NCBI GenBank assembly: GCA_950097015.1
Contig: CATNEN010000038.1
Coordinates: 29,884,001 to 29,948,000 of the forward strand
Direction: 5' to 3'
Origin: Macrostomum hystrix
Lineage: Eukaryota > Animalia > Platyhelminthes
DNA: 64,000 nucleotides
Made by a program: the position numbers and the translations under genes. Each line of letters begins with the position of its first letter. Within the stretch, counting starts at the first letter, position 1. Under the pieces are notes generated by a model. It worked only from the letters and a program-made list of their open reading frames with translations. It did no database searches and was not told the origin of the DNA. This document shows, in pieces, positions 1 to 12,285 of the stretch.

Positions 1-329
1 TTGCTATCGCCACCCTTGACTTATATTCTGTTAGATAAAGCGGCACTGGCTGGCTGCATTCTGATTGGCTGCCGAGTGCCCAATGCATTTGAAATAAGTT
101 GCTACCAGTTCTAGATATTTGTATTCTCACATTACTACTTAATTGGTCCAACGCAAGTTTCTAGGAAAGTTTCTATCATGGCCAACATTGAATACTTGTC
201 AAGTCATGCAAAGTAGACATTTACTGTGAATACTTGGATCGTCACCATTTCAAACTTTCCATTTGAAACTTGTCAAGTACAAAGTACCATTGCTGACTTG
301 TCAAGTTTGCTATGTTTTTTTTTCTCGGG

Positions 330-710
330 TATGAACTAACGGAGGGAAACTATGAACTAACGGAGGGAAACTATGAACTAACGGAGGGAAACTATGAACT
401 AACGGAGGGAAACTATGAACTAACGGAGGGACACTATGAACTAACGGAGGGAAACTATGAACTAACGGAGGGAAACTATGAACTAACGGAGGGAAACTAT
501 GAACTAACGGAGGGACACTATGAACTAACGGAGGGAAACTATGAACTAACGGAGGGACACTATGAACTAACGGAGGGACACTATGAACTAACGGAGGGAA
601 ACTATGAACTAACGGAGGGACACTATGAACTAACGGAGGGAAACTATGAACTAACGGAGGGAAACTATGAACTAACGGAGGGAAACTATGAACTAACGGA
701 GGGAAACTAT
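330..710. repeat. 21-bp minisatellite (TATGAACTAACGGAGGGAAAC)n, followed by a diverged 21-bp monomer ladder to ~1140
   Basis: About 18 near-identical units visible; explains ORFs 310..792 and 312..737. Confidence 0.95.
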
Positions 711-1802
711 CAATTATACAGGGGAAGCATGATGTAGCGAGGGAAAAGAATGAATTATTAAGGGCGAAGCATGAGTTATCGATGGGAAGCATGAATTATC
801 GACACTTATCGAGAGGGTAGAATAAATTATTGAGGGGTAGCATGTATTAACGAGTGGAAGTATGAACTAACGTGGGAAATTTATGAATTATCAACGGGTA
901 GCCTGAATTATCGTGGGAAAAGCATAAATTTAGTGGGTAGCATAAATCATTGAGCGGGTAGCAAGATATGTCCAGGGAGAACATGATTTAACAAAGTGGT
1001 AACATGAATTATTGAGGGGAAAGCATAAATTATCGAGGGGGTAGCACTATTTATCGAAAGGGTTAGAATGTATTATCGAAGGGGTTGCATTACTTACCGA
1101 GAGGGTCGCATGGTTTACCGAGGGGCAGCATGATATATTGAGTAATCTTTTATAATGAACAGTTAAAAAGGTAAGTACGGTTCGTATAAGTTCTTTATTT
1201 TTATTTTTTAGGTGTTTTGGGTACTACTAACTGTTAATAGTAAGAGATATTGATTATAGCTACTGTCAAAGCAAATATTTTTTGCTTAACTGCGCTTCTC
1301 GCTCTGAGAAAAGAAAACTATTTTTGAGTGCAGCAGCAAGTTTAATTCGATACCAAACTGAGTAAAGAATTTTCGAGCATTTGTGCCATGCAGCTTTTTT
1401 ATATAAAAAGTAAAAAAATACTTTGAGCAAATCTATAATTGGCGCAGTTCATTTAAAATTGTAACGTTTTTTTCGAGAATTCTTGCAAGCAATTTATTCT
1501 ATAGGATAAAAAAAATAATGAAGAAAATGTTATTTTCAAAACTAACAACAATTTTCCATCATAGCTGCAAGCGTAATCAAATTCCGAACTAGAAAAAAAT
1601 ATGTTGAGCATAGCTAAAAGCGTTTTTCTTTTCTGTTTACCTTTCTCGAGCATTTCTTCAAGAGGTATCGGTTTAAAAATCAATATAGACTGTTCGAGCA
1701 TACGTGGCAGTTAGCGTTTTTTATACTCAAAACTAAAGAAAATTGCTTCGAGCATTGCTGTAATCGTTATTAGATTCAAAATTAGGAGACAGTTTTTTAA
1801 TC

Positions 1803-2430
1803 CTTAGTTCTCTGCTGCTGGGGGGAATTAGTTCTCTGCTGCTGGGGGGAATTAGTTCTCTGCTGCTGGGGGGAATTAGTTCTTTGCTGCTGGGGGGGAT
1901 TAGACCTCTGCTGCTGGGGGGAATTAGTTCTCTGCTGCTGGGGGAATTAGTTCTCTGCTGCTGGGGGAATTAGTTCTCTGCTGCTGGGGGAATTAGTTCT
2001 CTGCTGCTGGGGGAATTAGTTCTCTGCTGCTGGGGGAATTAGCTCTTTGCTGCTGGGGGAATTAGTTCTCTGCTTCTGGGGGAGGGAATTAGTTCTCTGC
2101 TGCTGGGGGGGAATTAGTTCTCTGCTTCTGGGGGAGGGAATTAGTTCTCTGCTTCTGGGGGAGGGAATTAGTTCTCTGCTTCTGGGGGAGGGAATTAGTT
2201 CTCTGCTTCTGGGGGAGGGAATTAGTTCTCTGCTTCTGGGGGAGGGAATTAGTTCTCTGCTTCTGGGGGAGGGAATTAGTTCTCTGCTTCTGGGGGAGGG
2301 AATTAGTTCTCTGCTTCTGGGGGAGGGAATTAGTTCTCTGCTTCTGGGGGAGGGAATTAGTTCTCTGCTTCTGGGGGAGGGAATTAGTTCTCTGCTTCTG
2401 GGGGAGGGAATTAGTTCTCTGCTGCTGGGG
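1803..2430. repeat. minisatellite, 23-27 bp unit (GGGAATTAGTTCTCTGCTGCTGG shifting to GGGAATTAGTTCTCTGCTTCTGGGGGA)
   Basis: Direct tandem repeats with a unit-length switch near 2070. Confidence 0.95.
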
Positions 2431-2964
2431 GGCTGCTTGTGTTCTGTGTTAGTTTTCGGCGATAAAAGCAAATGCTGATTGGTTATAAGAGAATTAGAGT
2501 CATTTATTCGAGTAGAGCAATACGAGTAGAATAAAGAAAAACATACTTTAAGTCTGAGTGTTACGCTCCAAGCCATTGAAGCCTTTTAAAAGACAGGTTG
2601 TAGCCAATAATATATAAAAGAGTAATTCTTTAAAGTTTGAGAGTAAAAAGTGTCTTACCGCTTGGGCACTTGTGATTTGCTACCACAGTTATCGAATCTG
2701 TGGTATATGCAACTTTCCTTGAATAATAGGCCAAAGCTCGAAATCAACTCAGCAAGCGAAGCAGTCTAGCATAAGCTACATTATTACTCCAGCTGGTCGG
2801 TAACGGTATGTCCATATAACTTATTGGTTTTCTTCGCAGAGGTATTTAGAATTAGGACTGTCAAATTATTACTCCTAAATTGTTTTTTATTTTCTATTAA
2901 AATTTCCCTTAGTTATATTGGGTTGCTGTGATGGATGAGTATAGGGTCCAGTAATTGTAGGCCC

Positions 2965-3155
2965 CAGTGCTGGGCAAGTTACTTTTAAAAGTAACGGAAG
3001 TTACTGGTAACGGTAAGAGTGAGACTGGAATGGAAGTTACTGGTAACTTCCGTTACCAAATTCTCGAAAAAAAAGAATTTTCATTCGTTTCCTGTAACCG
3101 GTACTTTTTGCTAACTTCCGTTACTTTGTCCGTAACTTCGTTACTACGAGCGTAA
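2965..3155. mobile_element. hAT-like non-autonomous element end
   Basis: Starts CAGTGCTGGG followed by dense GTAAC/GTTAC subterminal repeats; a similar end CAGTGTTGGG...GTTAC occurs at ~4465. Confidence 0.45.
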
Positions 3156-3788
3156 TGTCATTTTTTCTGATTTTCAGATTTTCAAATTTAAAAGATTTAA
3201 AAAAAATTAAATGAATTATAAAAAACTTTATTTTAACTTTTTTATTGTTAATTTCAATACAATACGTGAATATGAATGAATAGAATATTAGAATAGGCAT
3301 TACGATATGATATAGATTGATAGCCAGTGTGACCGCTGATCCGCATAAACAGTATATAAACACGCAAAAACGCAAACAAGCAGGTTTACAACCTATGGGA
3401 ACTTTCGTTTTAAAATTTTTGGCGTGAGAGGAATGGAGAAAGGAGAGGAGAAATGAGAGGGATGGAGAGAAGGGATAGAAGTGGCGGAGAAAACTAGAAA
3501 AGAGAGGAATGTAGAGGAAGAAAAGTGACGTGAGTCGTGTCGTGACAATGAAATGACAACTGACAACGGGAAAGAGTGAGACTGGAATGGAAGGTAGCTG
3601 GGAATGTAAATAAGGAAGCTAATTAATTGTGTTTTCAAAAGTAAAAACTATAAATTTTATTGTAAATTTGTAACCATTTTTATAAACTTGCAGTAAATAC
3701 GTAATTTTAAAACATGATTTAAACTTGAATTCAAATTATTAAGCTAATTGCAATTCAATTATATTCAAAAACGAGACGATGAATGGAA

Positions 3789-4020
3789 GTGGCTATTCGT
3801 ACGGCAGTCCGGAAATATAAAATCCAGTAATTCACCATGATGAAGCTTGCCGCGGGTTGGCGAACACGTATAATTTTATCATCTAACCGTGCAGAAAATT
3901 ATCAAACAGTTTTTATTCATAAGAAAGATCTACAAGCATCGCAGTTTACATTTTAGATTTGTTTCATCAATTCTTGGAAATGCACTACAAGATAGGAGAT
4001 TCTGCCGTACGAAAAGCCAC
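3789..4020. mobile_element. small MITE-like inverted-repeat element
   Basis: GTGGCTATTCGTACGGCAG at 3789 and CTGCCGTACGAAAAGCCAC ending 4020 are inverted, 18/19 match. Confidence 0.45.
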
Positions 4021-5156
4021 TACCAAGACGATTAGACGATTAGACGTCTTAGACGAATCAGGAATTTGCAAAAATTTAAATTCCGTTTAAAAAGCAAATT
4101 AAATTAACAAAACGGTGCATATTAGAATAAAAAAATACAGTGTCCTCATTAATTATTGTATAAAGAGTCTTAAAAGAATATTTACTAGACTAAATTAAAT
4201 GCGTCACATAGTCTTTATTAATAGATATTTATTGAGTAGATCTATGTATAATTAAACTTTTTATCTAGGAATTTCTAACAGCTATTGGAAAACGTCGAAG
4301 GACCAGTGGTCAGTGGACCGGACTAGGCTACAGAAAAACGCCTCCGTTACCCAATTGTAAAAGTAACTCAAAAAGTACCGCTTTAAGAAAAAGTAAATTT
4401 GTCTGGCCTTTGAGTGATGAGTGATGACAAGAATAACTTTAGGTCTTATTCTCTCTGCAACTCCCAGTGTTGGGTGGGTTACTCATTAGCAGTTACCAAT
4501 TTGGTTATGATAATTACGTTTTGTAATGTTGTTTTCTATATAAAAAATATGATAGTAACAAGTTGTTGCCAACAGTGTGCATTTCCCATTACTTTTTTTG
4601 TTAGCATTTCCAAAAAAGTAACAATAGTCAATAGGACAATAGGACAATGTCACAATACCTCAGTAGATTGGTAAAAATTTTTTTGCTACAATAATTTGTC
4701 AATTTTTGCTTACTTACTACTGTTTGTTTATAAAAAATTATTTTATTGTATTGTACTTAATCTTTATAATTTGCTACTATATCTTTTGATTTCTTAATTT
4801 TACATGATTTTATATTCATTTTGATTTTTTGTTTTTTTGTTTTGCTGTAAACTACAAACTTGCTAAATATTTGTTGGTCAACCCTCAGACTGAATACAGT
4901 CTGCTATTTTACCATGATAAAAATATAATCAATAATCAATATTATCAATCAAATCTAAAATATGCATATTAGGGCCTATATCATTGCTACTTAACCTAAG
5001 CCCAAAATGGTTACAATTAGTGAAAGTGATATTGATAATGGAGTCTAAAAGTGTATGATATTGGAAATTACTATCTATGACTATGATATGAATAATGTCT
5101 AATAAACAAAACTGTACACATATTTATAACATGATTATATAAAGAAAATTCAGATT

Positions 5157-5578
5157 ATAAACCCTAATGGAGGCTCCATAGAGCGAATTTAAAAAAGCTG
5201 CGGACACTCCTGCTAGGCGCGCCGGTGCGCAGTTGTTTTCAAAAAAAAAGAGCGCGAATTCGCAATTGCTATATATCTTCAGTCTGACTCAATGTACTAA
5301 TTGATTTCACGAAAAAATGTCAGACCTTTTTTGATCTCCGTAGGCCTAGTGTATTTCTATAATTAGAACAGCTAAGGTTGTCTTTTCGCACTCGGGCACT
5401 GCGGAGCATGTATTTGTGTAGGGGCACAAGGGTGCATTGCTTGTTATACATCTACATACTTACAACAACTTTACACACACAAGGCGCAGCCACACGGACA
5501 GGAATTTCTTTCTGCGCAGCCGCGCTGTCCGCCAGATGCTGTCCGCAAAAACCCCTATTGGCTCCAATAGGGATTATA
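5157..5578. mobile_element. MITE-like element with imperfect terminal inverted repeats
   Basis: ATAAACCCTAATGGAGGCTCCATAG...TGCGGACA versus TGTCCGCA...CTATTGGCTCCAATAGGGATTAT. Confidence 0.4.
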
Positions 5579-5833
5579 AAAAAGGTATACAAAAACTGAG
5601 AGTAAAGATTAAAAGTAGAGCATATTTTTGTTAACCTATTTTCAGAAGTAGATTACCAAACTGTCAGTTACATTTGTTACCACTATCATGATTCTTTTTT
5701 TGGTGATGTGCCCAACATATGCAACTGCAAATAGCTTTCATGAGTCTGATACCCAGGTCCTATAATATTAATTGTTCTGACTCAAACATCAAATAAACAA
5801 AAAAAATCAGCACCCAATTGGTGTGCGCACCTC

Positions 5834-6055
5834 AATAATAATAATAATAAGCAGATGATCACATAGGTGTGTACATTTGCCCTGACTTTCTTATCATCAG
5901 GCAGTGCACACTCTCACTGTGCCTGGGAGATTGGCCCAGAAGGTGTGAATTGCACAACAAGCTCTAAGCCTTCTCTCCGTGGCTGTGCCCTAAATAAATA
6001 TGGCCTCATCACAGAATTGAGCTCAAGGACATTAGTGTGAGAGGCAACCACATGG
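5834..6055 (-). mobile_element. tRNA-derived SINE family A, internally deleted copy
   Basis: Reverse complement matches 6912-7247, including the GTGTACAC hairpin and an (ATT)n tail. Confidence 0.75.
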
Positions 6056-6911
6056 TCAGTGACCATTGGGGTTAGATACCTGCTGACATGTGAAACTAGT
6101 TGCAAAAACAGTTGTAAGCACAACATGTATCACACAAGCATGAAAACAGCTGTCCTACAGTGTGGTGCAATGCAAACAATATTGATGATGTCTGAAAGTC
6201 ACTTCTGCATGTAAGATTCCCACTTGCCACACTCCCTGATAGTTTCAATACTTTGCAATACTTTGTGCATTTTTATTATATATTATTTCGTGCTTTATTA
6301 CAATCATTTCAATAATTCTGTTACATTGAATACTTTTTAGTGTACTACTTCAGAACTTAACTCGTATTTTATCCTTACCATACATTTATAACGTTATTCT
6401 CAGCATGATTGAGTTATTTTGAGGTTAGATACGCAACTAAATATTTAATGATTTTCAGTCTGCTTCATTATATAGGAACTAGAGCAGAAAACGTACTGGT
6501 TTTATGTCATCAAGCAGACACTCAATGCATTTTTAATTAGCAGATTTTTCTTAAACATAGCCTCTTTGCCAATCTAGTTTTGACTTGCGCGAGAATCGAG
6601 GCTTACACGCTCTGTTGTACATATTCTAGAATCGATGTACAATAAAGGGATATTAGGGGAAGCTATTAGCCCAGCGGTCGAAGCTTTCCACTTCTGAATC
6701 TCAACCCCAAATGGAGGTTTTGTAAACATTGAACATTTTAGGCCCCAACAGAATTGTGAAATAGTTACCAGCCTTAGCTTGGCTAGAAATGTCTAGGGAT
6801 GCGGCAGTCGGCAGCCCCCTGTCCATGGACTTAGCAGTTGTACATTGCGCCCGACTGATATAAGGTGTAATTTTGTTCAATCTGACTATAGTATCTATCG
6901 AAAATAGAAGC

Positions 6912-7247
6912 GGGAGTGGCAGAGAGGTTAACGCATTCGCCTCTCGCGCCAAGGTCCCGAGCTCGATTCCGCGGCGAGGCCACATTCATATGGGGCGCAT
7001 CCGCGGAAAGAGAGGGCTTGTGTGCTTGACGTGCAATTTACGCCCTTGAGGTCCAACAACCAAGGCACAGTGAGAGTGTACACTGCCTGACGATGAGAAA
7101 GTCAGGGCAGATGTACACACCTGTGTGAGCGTGTACAGTGTCTGTGTGCGTGAGTGCTCAGGAGTCAATGAAATGTGCAGAATTGCCTCCCTGCTGGGTG
7201 CGGGTCTGCTGACACCAAATGATGTGCCAGTGCTAATATTGTTATTA
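6912..7247 (+). mobile_element. tRNA-derived SINE family A, full-length copy
   Basis: Pol III A-box TGGCAGAGAGG and B-box GCTCGATTCC; five homologous copies in the window; AT-rich tail. Confidence 0.85.
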
Positions 7248-7408
7248 ACTAGTGCAGTGAGTAAATACATGTAGCACATTTTCTACGTCTCGTTGCAGTG
7301 AATAAACTTACAAAAATAAAATTTGGCTTTGTTGTTTCCCTAAACCAAGAAATATTTTTCCTAACGATAAAAACAAAAACATTTTCAGCGAAAGAAACTG
7401 CTAAAAAG

Positions 7409-10400
7409 ATGGTTCTTAGAAAAGCCCGCCGGTTTGTCTGTCATCCAGTTGGACTGATAGTATTGATTACCCTAGCCTGCTGCCTCTATGTCTACATATT
7501 GTTAATGGTTACCGCTACTAATAGTAGTAATAAACGAGAGACTGATGCGATCTCCGCCGATAATTTGTCTATTTTAACTACGGTAGGCAGCGGCCCTTTA
7601 AGCTACGGTGTGGACTCTCTAGAGGCTATTAAAGAGCGCCACACGCGCCTACTGTGGGCGAAAGTGAACGCTATCGCCAAATCTAAGAATCATCCCAGTT
7701 GGGAAGAATTCGAAGCTCAAGTGTCAGCCAGTGCCGGGCCAGCTCTGGCCTGCTCGTTGCCCAACTCGACGATTACTAAACAAAATGAAAGCGACAGTGT
7801 TAGATGCGGCCCACAACTGCCTAGTAGCGGCAGTAATTCGCCTAATTCAGCGGCCTGTCAGTCGCGAGTTCGAGGCCAATTAAAAGTTGGCTTCAATTTG
7901 AGCCTCACCTGGCAGCATGTGGCTGACATGGTAAGGCTTTGTCATAGGGGCGTTTCTGCCCATTCCGCTAAATTCTAAGCACTATTTGACAGGCATCTGC
8001 TCCGACTTTCTTATCGTCGTGCGGTGTTGGGACACAACTAGTTTTATTGGAGTCAAGAATCGAACCTCCGACCTGCAGGTCGTTAGTTCGACACCCGAAC
8101 CACTAGGCTTGAAAACTCATCCAAGAGTCGCAGTGAACTTGAATCTTGAAACTACTAGAAACAATAAGTGCAGTTAGCGAAATTGTCAAAGTAAAGAAAT
8201 TACAGATTCCCTACCAATTATCCCTCGGTAGAGAATCTATGAAAGTCTCCAAGCCGCATCTCTTCACAACCACTAGTTGTTTTACAATTTATTTTAGCCT
8301 TTCCTATTACTAACCTCAGGTGTAGGTGGCAAAGCGGTTAACACATTTGCCTGTTTCCCTGTCTCTAACTTCGGTTCCGCGGCGAGGCCACATTCATTTG
8401 GGACACAGCCGCGGAGAGAAGGATTGTGTGCTTGAAGTGCAATTTGAGAGTGTTCACTGCCTGACAATGAGAAAGTCAGCGCAGATGTACACACCTGTGC
8501 GAGCGTGTGCCTGCGTACGGTGTGTGCGTGTGTGCTCAGGAGTCAGCGACTTGGGCACAATTGCCTCCTCGCTGGCTGCGGGTCTAGTGACACCAGATGA
8601 TGTACGAGGGCAAACTTTGCCACAATTTTTCAAAGTCACCAGCTTGTACACATTTCGTCATTCAGTGAAACCACTGTGTCCAGGCTCCAGCCCACTGTTC
8701 TTCAGGCACTGCTGAAACCACCCGCTCGAACTCGATTCTTGCTGCTTCAGGGCTCTCAAACCGATTCTTCACCAAAGGGAAGAGAAAATTCGCAGGGTGC
8801 CAGGTCGGGCGAATATGCAGGATGCGTCACCAGCTGGACTCCAATTTCGGCCAGAAATGCCAATGTTGCAGCAGCCGTGTGCCCGCTTGACCTTCGTTGG
8901 AGTGGCTGAGGAAGGAGCCAAACTGCTGACTGCTGCTTGGTTTCCGGGTCGTACTTGTAGACCCAGGTCTCATCACCTGTTACGATCTCCCAGCATCCCA
9001 TCGAGCACATCGCTTGGAGGCTCCCAGCTTGTCGTGTAGGATGGTCGTAACCGCTGCCGATCCAATGCCAAGAGCCTCCCTGATCTCGGCACAGGTCACT
9101 CGCCGGTCTTCGTCGATCATTCTCCGGACAGCAGCGATGTTTTCGTCTGTGACATCGGAAGCTGGACGTTCCGACTGAGGCTCGTCATCAAGGCCGCTCT
9201 GGCCCCACCACCGAAAAACGGTGGCACGTGTAGGGACTTGGTCTCCGAAGGCAGCACTTAAGCTTTCAACGCATTACTCTTGCGTGACACCTTAACGCTG
9301 GTCGTAAACTATCATGGCACGAAAGTCGCGGTTTGTCAACTCCATCAGAGCGAGTACAGTTTGGCAGGGGGTATTGACTTTGAAGAGTGATTGTAAAAAA
9401 ATTGACAAGAGCACAAAGGCAGAAAATTTATACTCAATAATTTTTAAGGTGGTAGAGTATGTAAATGCAGTGCAGCAGCGACTTATTAGTCAGCCGTATC
9501 TCAAAACTTTTCCCGCTAAAAAATAGGGATGTTTCTTTGGGTGATTCCAGTTGGAATCTGCGGTGTTTCCAGAAAAAGAAACAGCTGAACGCTGGAAACA
9601 CACCAATCGAATGATTCCATGCTTAGAATCTACCCAACTGGGCATTTTCTCGGTGCTTCTTGGTGGCGAAATGGAATCACCCAAAGAATCCTCCAGTTCG
9701 GAAGATTCCATGCTCAGAAACCGCAGAGGAATCGCCCGTAAATAATTCTCTGGTTGTCCCATGGGCCACTGGTTCGGGTGATTCTTCGGCGGTTTCCGCA
9801 CAATTTACGGTTACATCGGCTGCTTCCTGGGCGGTTTCTTTAACTCTTGCGAGATAGGGGGATTTTGGTAGATTCCACTCCTATTTTGCACAAAAAACCC
9901 GCCGAAGAAGCAGCCGAATTTTTTACAGGGTTAGTACACTCCTCGTACCATTGTCGCAGCGCTCCTACAATTATTATTATTATTATTATCAACTTCAGGT
10001 GTCCGCCGAAATCAGTAGCAGCGGCGGCGGCAGTCCTGTACTACCCGGCGGCGCCTGGTGCCCCCCAGACAGCTGCCGGCACCAGCAGTCCCTGGCCGTG
10101 ATTGTGCCCTTCCGCGATCGTTGGCGTCAGTTGCGCAACCTGCTAGCCGTGCTGCACCCCATGCTGCAGCGGCAGCAGGCCGGCTGTTACAAAATATTCG
10201 TTGTTGAACAATACGGCGGCGGCGCGTTTAACAAGGGCCGATTAAACAATGCCGGCTTTTTGGAGGCCCTGCGCAGACACAATTTCACTTGCGTCATTTT
10301 CCAGGTTTTTGTTCTGTTGTTGTTTGTGTCGGAAAATTTCTGTGCTAATCGAAATTAGAGCTATAATCCTTTGTAAGTCTAGATTTTGAGGATTGCGTTA

Positions 10401-11768
10401 GTTTATGGAAATTTAAATTTCAGAGATTGTAGAATTCTATGAAAATCCCTATTTTCTGAGTCTAAGTAGTCTATATTAAAATCCTAATTTTGTTAATCTG
10501 AGTAGTCTATTTTAAAATCCCAATTTAGTGAATCTGAGTAGTCTATATTAAAATCCCAATTTTGTGTATCTGAGTAGTCTATATTAAAATCCCAATTTTG
10601 TGTATCTGAGTAGTCTATATTAAAATCCTAATTTTGTTAATCTGAGTAGTCTATTTTAAAATCCCAATTTAGTGAATCTGCGTAGTCTATTTTAAAATCC
10701 CAATTTTGTGTATCTGAGTAGTCTATTTTAAAATCCCAATCTAGTGAATCTGCGTAGTCTATATTAAAATCCCAATTTTATAGATCTGAGTAGTCTATTT
10801 TAAAATCCCAATTTAGTGAATCTGCGTAGTCTATATTAAAATCCCAATTTTATAGATCTGAGTAGTCTATATTAAAATCCCAATTTTATAGATCTGAGTA
10901 GTCTATATTAAAATCCCAATTTTTTAGATCTGAGTAGTCTATATTAAAATCCCAATTTTATAGATCTGAGTAGTCTATATTAAAATCCCAATTTTATAGA
11001 TCTGAGTAGTCTATATTAAAATCCCAATTTTATAGATCTGAGTAGTCTATATTAAAATCCCAATTTAGTGAATCTCAGTAGTCTATATTAAAATCCCAAT
11101 TTAGTGAATCTGAGTAGCCTCAGGAATAATTTTCCCAATTGAACCAGAACGATCGGACGGGATCATTAATCCAACACGTTAACGGATCAGAAATAAACGT
11201 TTAATTTTCTACTCAAAATTTCAACAGCATATAGATGATGGTTATTTTAATTGTAAACACTCACTTCCCTGCCAAGGACACGGACATTGTTCCCGAGAAC
11301 GATCGGAACCCGTACATCTGCGGCATGGTGCGGCCCAGACATCTGGCTGTAGCAGTAGACACCAATCGTTACCGTTTGCCCTACGCCGCACTGGTTGGCG
11401 GCGTTATCGCATTCTCAACTCGTCAGTTCTTTCGAGTCAACGGCTACTCGAATCTTTACTGGGGCTGGGGCCTCGAGGACGACGATATGGAGCTTAGAAT
11501 GAAGATTGGCACCAAGATGAAATACGAGCGCCCGCAGGCTAGTGTAGCCAGATTCAAAGCTTTGCCGCACAGCTCCCAGAGAATCTACAGGCTGCAGTCG
11601 GCTCGCCGGAAGCCTCTATTGAAGACTGCGCTGCAGAGATTCTCTAAGGACGGCCTGAATACGGTCCGTTACAAGCTGATGTTTGTCTCAGAGGAGCCAC
11701 TCTATACGCACCTGCTGGTCAATGTTGGCGAGCAGCCGTTAGATTTTGAATTGACCGGTATCGAGTGA
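7409..11768 (+). CDS. GT7-family beta-1,4-galactosyl/N-acetylgalactosaminyltransferase (bre-4/B4GALT-like), ~439 aa
   Basis: Exons 7409-7930, 9999-10304, 11277-11768, all phase 0 GT-AG. Type II TM anchor; motifs VPFRDR, FNKGRLNNAGF, FQ|DTD (DxD), GGV, NGYSNLYWGWGLEDDD, DGLN. Confidence 0.93.
7990..8110 (-). mobile_element. tRNA-headed SINE fragment
   Basis: Minus strand AGCCTAGTGGTT...GGTTCGATTCTTG (A/B boxes) followed by ACGATAAGAAAGTCGGAGCAGATG, similar to the family A hairpin. Confidence 0.5.
8605..9945 (-). mobile_element. decayed mariner (Tc1/mariner) transposon
   Basis: TA|CGAGG...CCTCG|TA termini with TA duplication; transposase motifs IVTGDETWVYKYDPETKQQS and HPAYSPDLAPCEF, C-terminal KCVQAGDFEK; frameshifts and stops. 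Confidence 0.9.
9512..9930. mobile_element. CCC-terminal MITE (CACTA/EnSpm-like) inserted in the mariner TIR
   Basis: CCCGCTAAAAAA...TTTTTTACAGGG termini with TT on both flanks; removing it restores a mariner-like end TCTCAAAACTTTTAGTACACTCCTCGTA. Confidence 0.6.
10465..11117. repeat. ~37-bp intronic minisatellite (TCTGAGTAGTCTATATTAAAATCCCAATTTTATAGA-type)
   Basis: Tandem units fill intron 2 of the GT7 gene. Confidence 0.95.
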
Positions 11769-11828
11769 TATATTTCTATTCCTTCACACTAGATAATTCA
11801 CGTCCTTCAGTCCCTTTGTACATGCTGG

Positions 11829-12285
11829 AGAGGTCAATGACCCCACTATGGATGTTAGAGAGGTCAATGACCCCTCTATGGATGTCAGAGAGGTCAATGA
11901 CCCCTCTATAGATGTCAGAGAGGTCAATGACCCCTCTATAGATGTCAGAGAGGTCAATGACCCCTCTATGGATGTCAGAGAGGTCAATGACCGCTCTATG
12001 GATGTCAGAGAGGTCCATGACCGCTCTATGGATGTCAGAGAGGTCAATGACCGCTCTATGGATGTCAGAGAGGTCAATAACCCCTCTATGGATGTCAGAG
12101 AGGTCAATGACCCCTCTATGGATGTCAGAGAGGTCAATGACCGCTCTATAGATGTCAGAGAGGTCAATGACCACTCTATTGATGTCAGAGAGGTCAATGA
12201 CTACTCTATTGATGTCAGAGAGGTCAATGCCTCCTCTGTAGATTTCAGAGGTCAATGACCCCTCTATAGATGTCAGAGAGGTCAG
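11829..12285. repeat. 30-bp minisatellite (GAGAGGTCAATGACCCCTCTATGGATGTCA)n
   Basis: Direct tandem repeats just 3' of the GT7 stop codon. Confidence 0.95.

Larger units (their letters stand above)
8322..9989 (+). mobile_element. SINE family A copy split by a mariner insertion (8322-8604 plus 9948-9989)
   Basis: 5' part matches 6912-7225; the 3' part CCATTGTCGCAGCGCTCCTACA(ATT)n matches the tail of the 22681-23025 copy. Confidence 0.8.

Noticed and set aside
6912-6980. tRNA genes (also 8050-8110, 32757-32825, 38674-38745)
   Set aside because: A/B boxes are present but cloverleaves are imperfect and each continues into a shared repeat body; they are SINE heads
7086-7106. Hammerhead-like core CTGACGA...GAAA.TC in the SINE hairpin
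   Set aside because: Only 3 nt lie between CUGANGA and GAAA, so there is no helix II or III; CTGAC pairs better with GTCAG as a simple stem
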